Shown here: piece after piece, positions 39,786 to 50,706 of the stretch
How positions within the stretch are numbered: the first letter of the stretch is position 1
Layout: every line of letters starts with the position of its first letter
The notes under the pieces: model-generated
What the model was told of the DNA's origin: nothing
Database searches by the model: none
What the model saw: the letters and a program-made list of their open reading frames with translations, nothing else
From: Bacteroidales bacterium
GTDB taxonomy: Bacteria; Bacteroidota; Bacteroidia; Bacteroidales; ML635J-15
Length of the DNA: 61,627 bases
Assembly (NCBI GenBank): GCA_045112395.1
Contig: JBGUHW010000218.1
Span: 1 to 61,627 of the forward strand
Reading direction: 5' to 3'
Position numbers and translations under genes: made by a program

Positions 39786-42133
39786 TGAATAAAATCGAAT
39801 ACATAAGCGCTACACTTTTTTTCCTGATAACATCCATTATTACATCGGCACAGGTCGCTGTCGGACAATGGCAGGACCATTTCTCATATAATAACGGCAA
39901 AAAAGTAATAGTTGTTGACGAAACCGCATACCTGATTTCGGAATGTGGAATCATAAAATACGATAGCAAGTCTGAAGAAATTGAACGGCTCAACAGATTC
40001 AATGTACTATCAGATATAACTCCAAGAGGAATCGAATACGACAAAAAAACTCAAAGCGTGATTATCGGTTATTCAAATGGAAATATTGACATTCTACGCG
40101 GAAACGAAATAATAAACATCAACGACATAAAGAAAAAGTCAATAAATAGCAGCAAATCAATAAATTCAATAATAACCATCGACGGCATCGCTTATCTTGG
40201 CTGCGATTTCGGAATAGTAAAGCTTAACCTTGAACGAATGGAAATCAGCGAAACCTGGTTTATTGGCAACAATGGCTCATACGTTCAGGTGAATGATATG
40301 ACCAACCACGACGACGACATATATGTAGCCAGCACAACTGGCATATTCCATGGTAATCTTTCCGACAACCTGGTAAATTTCTCCAACTGGCAGGTTCTCA
40401 CCGACATAGATAGCACATCACCAAACATTTGGATGAAAGGGAAAAACTACAATTGTGTAAAATGGTTTGCAGGAAAACTGCTTGCTAACTACAATAGCAC
40501 AGAGAGTAACTGCGATACCATAATGGCATACGATGGAAATTCGTGGAACCATGTAATGAATGAGATGAATTCTACCACCTCAATGTCATGCAACGATGAA
40601 ATATTGCTCTGCTCAACCGACGGTCCAATATACACATACAACACAAACCTTGAACAAATAAATGAAAATAGGGAATACAGAACTCAGGACAATTGGATTC
40701 CTATATATGCTAACAACACAGCAATAGCTGGAACAAAAATATGGATAGCCGACCGCATCAATGGACTTGGCTGGCTTGTAAATGCAGAAGGTGGCGGTGA
40801 TCTTTTAAAAATCAACTCGCCAAGCCTAAATAATGTATTCTACTTATCATCCTCGAAATCGAAAACAATAGCGGTAAGAGGAGCATACAATGCTTCATAT
40901 ACACCGACATGGACATTCCCTACAATGTATGAATACAAAAACTATGAATGGACTACACATTCTGCAAAAGATATCCCTGAACTATTGGGTGCAAGTGATC
41001 TTGTAAATGTAACCATAGACCCCAAAGACGACTCACACTTCTTTTTAAGTTCCTGGGTTAAAGGTCTAATAGAATTTCGTAATAACCAGTTCTACAAAAT
41101 ACACAACACCGAAAACAGTTCCTTTATATTTATTGACGATACTGACTGGATAAGAGCAGGAAGCGCCGTATACGATGCAGATGGTAATCTATGGGTAACT
41201 AATTCCCTATCAGCAAAATGCCTTCATCGAATGACCCCCGATGGAAAATGGACTGGATTCACGTTCCCAGACATGGACCGCAACATAAAATCAATGATTA
41301 TCACAAGTTCCGGACAAAAATGGCTAGTTATAGGACAGTACGGAGGATTGTTCGTTTTTGACGACAACGGAACACCAGAAAATACATCCGACGACCACTA
41401 TAAACACTTAAGCGTAATGAACGAGGAAGGAGAACTTGTAAGCAACGACATATACTCCATTGCCGAAGATAAAAACGGATACATTTGGGTAGGAACGGCA
41501 AAGGGCGTTGTGGTTTACTACAATCCCGACAAGGTGTTCGAAAGCGGAACATTTCGTGGCAGACAGATAAAAGTACCCCGCAACGACGGCACTGACAATG
41601 CCGACATACTGCTGTCGGCAGATGTTGTAACATCAATAAGTGTCGATGGTGCCAACTGCAAATGGTTTGGCACGCAAAACGGAGGTGTATACTATACAAG
41701 TGCCGACGGAATAGAAACAATACACCATTTCAATACGCAGAATAGTCCAATTCCAAGTGACAACATCTTATGCATAAGCATAGTTCCAGAAACTGGCGAT
41801 GTATTCTTCGCCACTCCCCAAGGCATAATTTCGTATCGTGGATCCGCCACCGAAGGATTCGAAACATACGATGAAATATACGCATTCCCAAATCCTGTAA
41901 AGTCCGACTACGATGGTCCCGTTACAATCAGAGGTCTTGTCGCTGGCTCCATTGTTAAGATTGCCGACATATCGGGCAACATCGTATACGAGGCACGAGC
42001 AACAGGCGGGCAACTAGTATGGGACGGACGAAACCTAAACGGAAACCGCGTTGCATCAGGCGTATATGTTGTATTCGCATCTACCGAAATAGGAGAACAG
42101 AAATCAACGACTAAAATCATTTTCCTGAAATAA
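39782..42133 (+). CDS. porZ: T9SS component PorZ-like beta-propeller protein
   Basis: GQWQDHFSY, propeller repeats, [21 protein letters not shown]; upstream of recO as usual. Confidence 0.85.
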   Translation: MMNKIEYISATLFFLITSIITSAQVAVGQWQDHFSYNNGKKVIVVDETAYLISECGIIKYDSKSEEIERLNRFNVLSDITPRGIEYDKKTQSVIIGYSNGNIDILRGNEIININDIKKKSINSSKSINSIITIDGIAYLGCDFGIVKLNLERMEISETWFIGNNGSYVQVNDMTNHDDDIYVASTTGIFHGNLSDNLVNFSNWQVLTDIDSTSPNIWMKGKNYNCVKWFAGKLLANYNSTESNCDTIMAYDGNSWNHVMNEMNSTTSMSCNDEILLCSTDGPIYTYNTNLEQINENREYRTQDNWIPIYANNTAIAGTKIWIADRINGLGWLVNAEGGGDLLKINSPSLNNVFYLSSSKSKTIAVRGAYNASYTPTWTFPTMYEYKNYEWTTHSAKDIPELLGASDLVNVTIDPKDDSHFFLSSWVKGLIEFRNNQFYKIHNTENSSFIFIDDTDWIRAGSAVYDADGNLWVTNSLSAKCLHRMTPDGKWTGFTFPDMDRNIKSMIITSSGQKWLVIGQYGGLFVFDDNGTPENTSDDHYKHLSVMNEEGELVSNDIYSIAEDKNGYIWVGTAKGVVVYYNPDKVFESGTFRGRQIKVPRNDGTDNADILLSADVVTSISVDGANCKWFGTQNGGVYYTSADGIETIHHFNTQNSPIPSDNILCISIVPETGDVFFATPQGIISYRGSATEGFETYDEIYAFPNPVKSDYDGPVTIRGLVAGSIVKIADISGNIVYEARATGGQLVWDGRNLNGNRVASGVYVVFASTEIGEQKSTTKIIFLK

Positions 42134-42270
42134 ATGACAATTCTCAATTGACAATGGATAATTAACAATTTATAATTCCATACAAATCATCAACCTTTAG
42201 CACAACGAAGTTAAATTTTCAAACCACGAGAAACCCAGAAACTTAGAAACGGGCGTTAGCTCATTGAAAC
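42134..42270. repeat. TGACAAT arm and GAAAC arm
   Basis: TGACAAT TCTCAAT TGACAAT GGATAAT TAACAAT ... GAGAAAC CCAGAAAC TTAGAAAC GGGCGTTAGCTC. Confidence 0.75.
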
Positions 42271-42284
42271 ACATAAACCTTCCC

Positions 42285-43010
42285 ATGCTCATCCCTACCG
42301 AAGCCATAATCCTCAACCGCATAAAATACACCGACAACTCGTATGTAGTAAACATGTTCAGCGAAGCATGCGGAAAAATTTCGGTACTGGCTAGGACATC
42401 TACCCGCAAAGCAGGACAAAAGGCAAACATTTTTGCACCACTGAATATTGTCCGCACCGAACTTCGGCTAAAGGACACACGCTCTGTACAAGGTATGTCC
42501 TACTGCGAACTTATAAAAAGTCCAACCGCCATCGACAGCGATGTGGTACGAATCTGCATATCGCAGTTCATCGCCGAAGTAATTATGAAAATGGTAAAGG
42601 AAGAGGAACAAAATACAGCACTTTATCAATTCTTCAGAAACACAATCGAGGCAATAGAAACCTCTGACAACAACATAGTAAACCTGCACATAATTTTCCT
42701 AAAGGAATTTGCACGGCTTCTCGGCTTCGAGATAACAAACAACTACTGCACCGAAACACCATATTTCAACTCACGCGAAGGAATGTTCCTGCCGTTTTTT
42801 ACCTCCGAGGAAGAATCGTTTGACAGACAGCTAAGCCTCGCCTTTTCTACAATCCTTAGCGCATCATACGAAACTGGCAACATGACAATCCCATACGCAT
42901 ACCGAAAGGAAATCATTCGGCAGATGCTTGAATACTACAAGATTCACACAGGTAACCTATCGGAAATAAAGTCGCTTAAAGTGCTGAACGAAGTGTTTGG
43001 CAACGATTAG
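42285..43010 (+). CDS. recO: DNA repair protein RecO
   Basis: TEAIILNRIKY.DNS, FAPL, YYKIH...IKSLKVLNEVF; start moved to ATG 42285. Confidence 0.88.
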   Translation: MLIPTEAIILNRIKYTDNSYVVNMFSEACGKISVLARTSTRKAGQKANIFAPLNIVRTELRLKDTRSVQGMSYCELIKSPTAIDSDVVRICISQFIAEVIMKMVKEEEQNTALYQFFRNTIEAIETSDNNIVNLHIIFLKEFARLLGFEITNNYCTETPYFNSREGMFLPFFTSEEESFDRQLSLAFSTILSASYETGNMTIPYAYRKEIIRQMLEYYKIHTGNLSEIKSLKVLNEVFGND

Positions 43011-43147
43011 GCGCTAGCCCATGGTACAATCGCGCCATGCGCGATTCAACAATTCAACATATTAACAACAAATAATGAACAAATAATTTTCAAGACGTGA
43101 AAATAAATAATAAAATTGTGCGTTATTTGCATTATATATTGCCGTAT

Positions 43148-43801
43148 ATGACAAAACGAAGTTTATTTTATACTGCACTGATTGTCATAGTCTTAGCAAC
43201 TATGCTTACCCCAAGCAGATTGTCGGGGCAGACAACCTTGCAGCTAAAAATTTCGCCTCTCGGCTTCCATTTCTTCAACGAGCCAAACAAAAATCTTTAC
43301 GAAAACAAGATTGATGCAAACGCAACCTTCGTTCTTGAACCCTGCGTAATCCTTGGCGTTGAAACCTATCTTGTAAGCGACATCCTTTGCTTCAGGGCCA
43401 ACTTCGGCGGACTTAGCGATGCAATTTCCAAACCCGGACTTTTCCTACAGGCAGGACTGAAAGTCAGGATGTTTCAGGTTTATCGTAATTCTCTAAGCTT
43501 TGGCGCAGGACTTATGGGCTACGGACACGAATGCTGGAATACCGTACCTAACTATCAAGAAGAACGCGGATGGAAACAAAATGGAAGCTGGGAATATTCA
43601 GTGGGATTCCTGGCCGACCTCGAGTACGCCATCTTCCTCAACGACAAGAGCGACCTTATGTTCAACATAACATACGGATATCAGAAAAAAACATTTAACT
43701 TTACAATAGGATACAGATATTGGCTGTCTTCCATAATAAAGCACCCGATAAAGTGCGGAAGCTGCCCGTTCACAAAAACAAATAATTCATGGAAAAAGTA
43801 G
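43148..43801 (+). CDS. Hypothetical exported, possibly beta-barrel protein
   Basis: Signal peptide after ATG 43148; alternating hydrophobic strands; C-terminal CGSC. Confidence 0.6.
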   Translation: MTKRSLFYTALIVIVLATMLTPSRLSGQTTLQLKISPLGFHFFNEPNKNLYENKIDANATFVLEPCVILGVETYLVSDILCFRANFGGLSDAISKPGLFLQAGLKVRMFQVYRNSLSFGAGLMGYGHECWNTVPNYQEERGWKQNGSWEYSVGFLADLEYAIFLNDKSDLMFNITYGYQKKTFNFTIGYRYWLSSIIKHPIKCGSCPFTKTNNSWKK

Positions 43802-45684
43802 AAGAGACAAAAGCAACAAGGGTTTTCGACATCCTAGACATATATAAAAACGAACATGCCGACCTTGATGTCGCATTTGCACACAAGGACAAGGGCGAAT
43901 GGATAAAATACACGCCAGCCGACTACAGAAGGTATTCGTACATGTGCGCTTGTTCGCTAATAGATGCCGGAATGCAGAAGGGCGACAAGATAATAAGCAT
44001 ATCGCAGAACTTGCCACACTGGAATATCCTCGACATGGCAATAGCTATGGCCGGCCTGGTACACGTGCCTATTTATCCGACACTTAATAACAATGAACTA
44101 GAGTTCATTATGCGCGACTGCGGGGCTAAAATGGTCTTCGTGTCGAATGCTAAGCTTTTTGCAAAAGTTAAGCAAGTTGTCGAAAACCTTGAAGATAAAC
44201 CGCGCATCTTTACATTTACCGATGTCCCCGATGCCGACAACTGGACAACCTTAATGATTGACAGCCGAAGCAGGGAGGCTGAGCTCAGGAAACTCATTGA
44301 AGAGAGAAAGAAGGAAATCAGCGAGGACGATGTATTTTCGCTCGTTTACACATCTGGAACCACAGGCAATCCCAAGGGCGTAATGCTTTCGCATAAGAAT
44401 ATCCTTTCAAATTCATACGGTGTAAGGCCTGTTATTCCTGCAGTTTACAAGCAGAGAGCCGTAAGTTTCCTGCCTTTGTGCCACATCTACGAACGAATGA
44501 TGAACTACGCATTCCAGATAAAGGGTATTTCGATTTACTACGCCGAAAGCCTAGGAACTATCATGCGTGATGTTCAGGATGTCAAGCCACACATTTTCAA
44601 TATGGTGCCACGTGTTGCCGAAAAATTCTACGACAAGATTGTGTCGATGGGAAAGGATATGACACCTTTCAAGAAGCACATCTTCAACTGGTCGCTTAAG
44701 GTTGGCGGCAAGTTCGATGTCCGCAACAACAACTCGGCTTTCTACAAGTTGAGACTCAGCATTGCACGCAAACTTGTTTTCAAGAAATGGCAGGAAGCAT
44801 TTGGTGGTAACATAATTGTAATCGTGGCTGGTGGTTCATCTCTTAGTCTGCACATTTCCAAGTTGTTTGCCGCAGCAGGACTTAAGATTTGCGAAGGTTA
44901 TGGTCTTACCGAGACATCGCCTGTAATCGCAGTAAACTGGCCGGCTTGGGACAAGTCGATGCTTGGAACTGTAGGTCCTGTCCTCGAAGGAGTTACCGTA
45001 AAAATTGACGACGACGGTGAAATTCTTGCCAAAGGTCCTAACATCATGAAGGGCTACTACAACAACGAGGAAGCTACCCGTCAGGTAATCGACGAAGATG
45101 GATGGTTCCATACTGGCGACATTGGAGAACTTGTTGATGGCAAGTTCTTGAAGATCACCGACCGCAAGAAAGAAATCTTCAAGATGTCGAACGGAAAGTA
45201 CATTGCTCCACAGGTCATCGAAAACAAGCTCAAGAACTCCAACTTCGTGGAACAGGTAATGATTATTGGTGAGAACGAAAAGTTTGCAAGCGCACTCATT
45301 TCGCCCGACTTCAACTACCTGCACTTCTATGCTTCGAAGCACAAGATTCACTACCGCGACAATGTTGCGCTTATAAACGACCCAGAGGTTATCAAGAAAT
45401 ATCAGGGAGAAATCGACAAGCTGAACGCTACACTGAGCGAATACGAGTGCATCAAGCGTTTCCGTCTTGTTTGCGAGGAATGGTCGCAGGAAACAGGAGA
45501 ACTCTCACCCACCCTGAAGCTCAAACGAAATGTGATAAAGAAGAAATATGCATCAGTAATTGATGAAATCTATATGCATCAGGAAGAGCAGCAACAGCAA
45601 GGACCTGTAAACCCCAATGCAATCATAGGAAAGATTACCGACGGCATGAAGAAACTTGTGAACATCGGTAGCTCGAAGCACTAA
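43789..45684 (+). CDS. Long-chain fatty acid-CoA ligase (AMP-binding)
   Basis: YTSGTTGNPKG, EGYGLTE, WFHTGDIG, ITDRKK. Confidence 0.95.
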   Translation: MEKVEETKATRVFDILDIYKNEHADLDVAFAHKDKGEWIKYTPADYRRYSYMCACSLIDAGMQKGDKIISISQNLPHWNILDMAIAMAGLVHVPIYPTLNNNELEFIMRDCGAKMVFVSNAKLFAKVKQVVENLEDKPRIFTFTDVPDADNWTTLMIDSRSREAELRKLIEERKKEISEDDVFSLVYTSGTTGNPKGVMLSHKNILSNSYGVRPVIPAVYKQRAVSFLPLCHIYERMMNYAFQIKGISIYYAESLGTIMRDVQDVKPHIFNMVPRVAEKFYDKIVSMGKDMTPFKKHIFNWSLKVGGKFDVRNNNSAFYKLRLSIARKLVFKKWQEAFGGNIIVIVAGGSSLSLHISKLFAAAGLKICEGYGLTETSPVIAVNWPAWDKSMLGTVGPVLEGVTVKIDDDGEILAKGPNIMKGYYNNEEATRQVIDEDGWFHTGDIGELVDGKFLKITDRKKEIFKMSNGKYIAPQVIENKLKNSNFVEQVMIIGENEKFASALISPDFNYLHFYASKHKIHYRDNVALINDPEVIKKYQGEIDKLNATLSEYECIKRFRLVCEEWSQETGELSPTLKLKRNVIKKKYASVIDEIYMHQEEQQQQGPVNPNAIIGKITDGMKKLVNIGSSKH

Positions 45685-45699
45685 TACAGGTAATGCCTC

Positions 45700-46866
45700 A
45701 TGGAAGAATTTATCAGCCTGATTAGCAAAAGCCTCGAAGCGAATACATTCGTCAAGATTACATTGTCGTCGCCAATGCGCAAGGACATTGATGTACGCAA
45801 TATCTACATCAAGCAGGTGGAAATAAAGGGCGAACGCAAACTCAGTTTCACCTACCGCTACCAGAAACGCGACATCGTGAAAAACTATGCTTTCGATGAA
45901 GCGATTAGCAACCTGCGCAAGCACATCGGCGAAGAATATAGGTTCGCAACGCTTTTCACTACTGCTGGCGACTTCGTATTGCAACACAACGGCAACCACT
46001 TCAAGATGAAGCAACAGGAAGCCAGCATTACCGAATTGCCTTCACTTAGCCACGACCGTAACAAGAACCGCAAACTTGAGGCTTCCGATGGCAAGAAATA
46101 CCTTCATCTGCTCGGAATAACCGATGCAAATGGCAATGTAAATCCTAAGTCGCAGGACAAGTTCAGACAGATAACCCACTACATCGAAATCCTTAGCAGC
46201 CACATCGATACGCTTCCTACAGACCGCCCAATAACAGTCGCCGACATGGGAAGCGGCAAGGGCTACCTTACATTCGCACTATACGACTACCTTGTCAATA
46301 CGCTCAAATGCAAGGCTGATGTCACCGGCGTTGAAATTCGCCACGACATGGTGGAACTCTGCAATAAATTTGCCTCCGAATCGGGATTTGAAGGCTTGCA
46401 CTTCGCCGAGAGCGCAATCGACAGCTACAATGCCGACAAACTCGACATGCTAATTGCACTCCATGCATGCAACACCGCTACCGATGATGCACTTGCAAAA
46501 GGCATTTCCGCAGGAGCACAAGACATTGTAGCCGCACCGTGTTGCCAGCACCAGATTCGCAACGAAATGGAAAGCGGAACACCAAACGAAATTCTGTCGC
46601 CGATACTACGCCACGGAATTTTTATGGAACGCCAGGCCGAACTCGTCACCGACAGCATAAGGGTGCTTTACTTGCAGTATCACGGCTACAAGACAAAGAT
46701 AGTTGAGTTCATTTCGGATGCACACACCCACAAGAATGTCATGATTATCGCGACAAAATCAACAGTTTCTGAAGAACAAAAGCAGAAAATACTAGCTCAA
46801 CTGGAAGCACTCAAGACATTCTTTGGAATAAAGCAACACTACATCGAAACAAAATGGCAGAAATAA
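45700..46866 (+). CDS. SAM-dependent methyltransferase
   Basis: DMGSGKGYLTF, ALHACNTATD, APCC, HTHKN. Confidence 0.88.
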   Translation: MEEFISLISKSLEANTFVKITLSSPMRKDIDVRNIYIKQVEIKGERKLSFTYRYQKRDIVKNYAFDEAISNLRKHIGEEYRFATLFTTAGDFVLQHNGNHFKMKQQEASITELPSLSHDRNKNRKLEASDGKKYLHLLGITDANGNVNPKSQDKFRQITHYIEILSSHIDTLPTDRPITVADMGSGKGYLTFALYDYLVNTLKCKADVTGVEIRHDMVELCNKFASESGFEGLHFAESAIDSYNADKLDMLIALHACNTATDDALAKGISAGAQDIVAAPCCQHQIRNEMESGTPNEILSPILRHGIFMERQAELVTDSIRVLYLQYHGYKTKIVEFISDAHTHKNVMIIATKSTVSEEQKQKILAQLEALKTFFGIKQHYIETKWQK

Positions 46867-47387
46867 AGGCAATAGTATACGAATCTAACACAGGCTTCAC
46901 TAAGGAGTATGCCGAACTTTTGTCCGAAATTATCGGTATTCCAGCCATTCCCACCATTGACAACTCGATGTTTCATGGCGAGCGAGAACCTGTGATTTTC
47001 CTCGGCTGGGTATGTGCCGGCAAGATAAACGGCATACGCATGGCACGACTGAAATTCAATCCTATAATCATTGCTGGCGTAGGAATGACACCGCAAAGCG
47101 ACAAATATGCTTTTGCCCTGGCACAACAAAACAACATTGATGTGCCGTTTTACTACCTGCAAGGCGGAATGCACCGCGAGAGGCTGAAAGGATTCTACAA
47201 GATTATGTTCAATATGGTAGCCCGTCCAATATTGCGCAAAGCCGAAAAGGGCAAGTCGCAACTCACGGAACAAGAGCAATACATGGTGGACTTGATAAAA
47301 AATGGCGGTTCGTTCGTCTGTCGCGAAAATCTTGAAGAATTAATAAAGAAGTACGAGGAAATAAATAGTGTGCTGAGAATGTCGTAA
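46854..47387 (+). CDS. Flavodoxin-like protein
   Basis: IVYESNTGFTKEYA, FYYLQGG. Confidence 0.7.
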   Translation: MAEIKAIVYESNTGFTKEYAELLSEIIGIPAIPTIDNSMFHGEREPVIFLGWVCAGKINGIRMARLKFNPIIIAGVGMTPQSDKYAFALAQQNNIDVPFYYLQGGMHRERLKGFYKIMFNMVARPILRKAEKGKSQLTEQEQYMVDLIKNGGSFVCRENLEELIKKYEEINSVLRMS

Positions 47388-47391
47388 CGAA

Positions 47392-47557
47392 TGTTTCTCG
47401 TTTTCGGCTTGCAGGCACAAAGGCTAAAAGACCGACAGGCTTGCAGGCTAACAGTCTGGCGTACAGTCAGACAGGTCTTCAGCTAGACAGTTAGACTTTA
47501 AGCCAAATAATCTTCAATAAATCAATCGTAAATCGTACTTCGTAAATCGTAAATATT
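47392..47557. repeat. Octamer element plus AAATCGT heptamers abutting promoter
   Basis: 47441-47504 closely matches 9254-9317. Confidence 0.85.
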
Positions 47558-47629
47558 ATTGTATTTTTGCACCTGCAAATTTTCAACGGAATTACAGATT
47601 TAAATTACTGATTAATAAAACTTTATAAT

Positions 47630-48574
47630 ATGACAAAGGAAAAAATATTCTCAAAACAGTGGTTCTTTTCCTACTTTTTGGTTTTCATCGGCAGCCTGCT
47701 ATTTGCCGTAGGCGATGTGATGTTCGTCAACCCCTACCACATGGCTCCTGGCGGAACTTACGGTCTGTCGAATGTTCTCAACGCCATCTGGCCTTGGAAA
47801 GTGAGTTTGTACGCAATATGCATGGATGTTCCACTACTTATAATTGGAACGATAATTCTCGGTCCAAAATTCGGCATAAAGACAATTGTGTCAACCATTC
47901 TGATATTTTGCTTTACATTCATACTTGAAATGTTCTGGGGCTATATTCCTGTAATCCACGATGGTGCTATAATGCAAACCCCGATTGAAGGTGTAAGCAT
48001 GGTGGAAATTCCAAACAACGGCGGATGGTTCATCCCTGACTACTTCCTCAACACTGTGGTTTCGGGTATAATCTACGGTCTTGCTATCGGTTTAGTATTC
48101 AAGTCGGGGGCTACATCCGGTGGTAGCGATATCATCTCGATGATACTGCATAAGTACACCAAGATTTCGCTCGGAACACTAGTCCTGATTGTTGACAGCA
48201 TAATAACTCTTACTTCGTTGGCTCTAGGCGACTTCCGTTTGCCAATCTACTCCATAATCCTAATCTTCATCGAGAGCAAGGTAATAGACATTGTTGTGGA
48301 AGGTGTAAAGAGCTACAAGACAATCTTCATCGTCAGCGACAAGTACGAGGAAGTACGCCAGATGATTATCAACGACCTTGAACGCGGTGGAACCTGTATG
48401 AAAGGTATCGGAATGTACAACGGCAAGGAGCGCAACTTCATCTACACAACTGTTTCGCGTCGTGAGTTTACCCACCTCAAGGAACAAATTTACGACATCG
48501 ATCCCGAAGCATTCATCAATGTAATCGACAGCAACGAGATTCTTGGAAATGGTTTCAAGGCTATAAAGGAATAA
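47630..48574 (+). CDS. YitT family membrane protein
   Basis: APGGTYG, GATSGGSDI, GMYNG, IDPEAFI...GNGF. Confidence 0.92.
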   Translation: MTKEKIFSKQWFFSYFLVFIGSLLFAVGDVMFVNPYHMAPGGTYGLSNVLNAIWPWKVSLYAICMDVPLLIIGTIILGPKFGIKTIVSTILIFCFTFILEMFWGYIPVIHDGAIMQTPIEGVSMVEIPNNGGWFIPDYFLNTVVSGIIYGLAIGLVFKSGATSGGSDIISMILHKYTKISLGTLVLIVDSIITLTSLALGDFRLPIYSIILIFIESKVIDIVVEGVKSYKTIFIVSDKYEEVRQMIINDLERGGTCMKGIGMYNGKERNFIYTTVSRREFTHLKEQIYDIDPEAFINVIDSNEILGNGFKAIKE

Positions 48575-48597
48575 GGTTTTTATTTTCATAATCTATC

Positions 48598-48633
48598 AAA
48601 TGCGGAGAAAACTCGTTTTCTCCGCATTTTTTT
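48598..48633 (+). terminator. Intrinsic terminator
   Basis: AAATGCGGAGAAAA-CTCG-TTTTCTCCGCATTT plus T-run. Confidence 0.8.
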
Positions 48634-48691
48634 GTTGCTTGGATTCCAATTGTAGTTACCAGCTGTACTACCTGTGAATTTTTCCGCAAAC

Positions 48692-48725
48692 AAAAAAGGA
48701 AACTTCCAATGGAAATTTCCTTTTT
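48692..48725 (-). terminator. Intrinsic terminator of atpDC
   Basis: AAAAAAGGAAACTTCC-AAT-GGAAATTTCCTTTTT. Confidence 0.7.
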
Positions 48726-48746
48726 ACGAATTATTTTTCAGTTGTA

Positions 48747-48986
48747 CTATTCTTCTACGAGAATAACAATCTTATTGTTCTTGCATTCAACGAGTCCTCC
48801 ATTGACGCTGAACTTTAGTTCGTTACCGCTCATCTCGCGGATAACGACCTCGCCCTTTTCCAAAGTGGAAACTATAGGAGCGTGCATGTTCAGCATCTGG
48901 AACGAACCCTTTGAACCTGGCACCTTCACCATTGAGGTTTCGCCTTCGAACAACTTCTTTTCAGGTGTGATGATTTCTACTGTCAT
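48747..48986 (-). CDS. atpC: ATP synthase F1 epsilon subunit
   Basis: EIITPE, VPG..GSFQML.MHAPIVS.L, GGLVE. Confidence 0.92.
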   Translation of the reverse strand: MTVEIITPEKKLFEGETSMVKVPGSKGSFQMLNMHAPIVSTLEKGEVVIREMSGNELKFSVNGGLVECKNNKIVILVEE

Positions 48987-48994
48987 AGCAACTA

Positions 48995-50515
<1,521 letters not shown>

Positions 50516-50706
50516 TTAACTGATAAAATTTTTGCTAACAAAGGTAAATAAACAAATCCAAACTGACAAGAAAAATATTCTAATATTTTAAAATATTTAC
50601 TTATCCTTTGAATTTCAACATATTGCATAACAGAAGACACTGCTACGCGACTTTTCATTTTGCGCAAAGCATTGCGCAACTACTCTCAAATCTAAACAAT
50701 CGCCTT

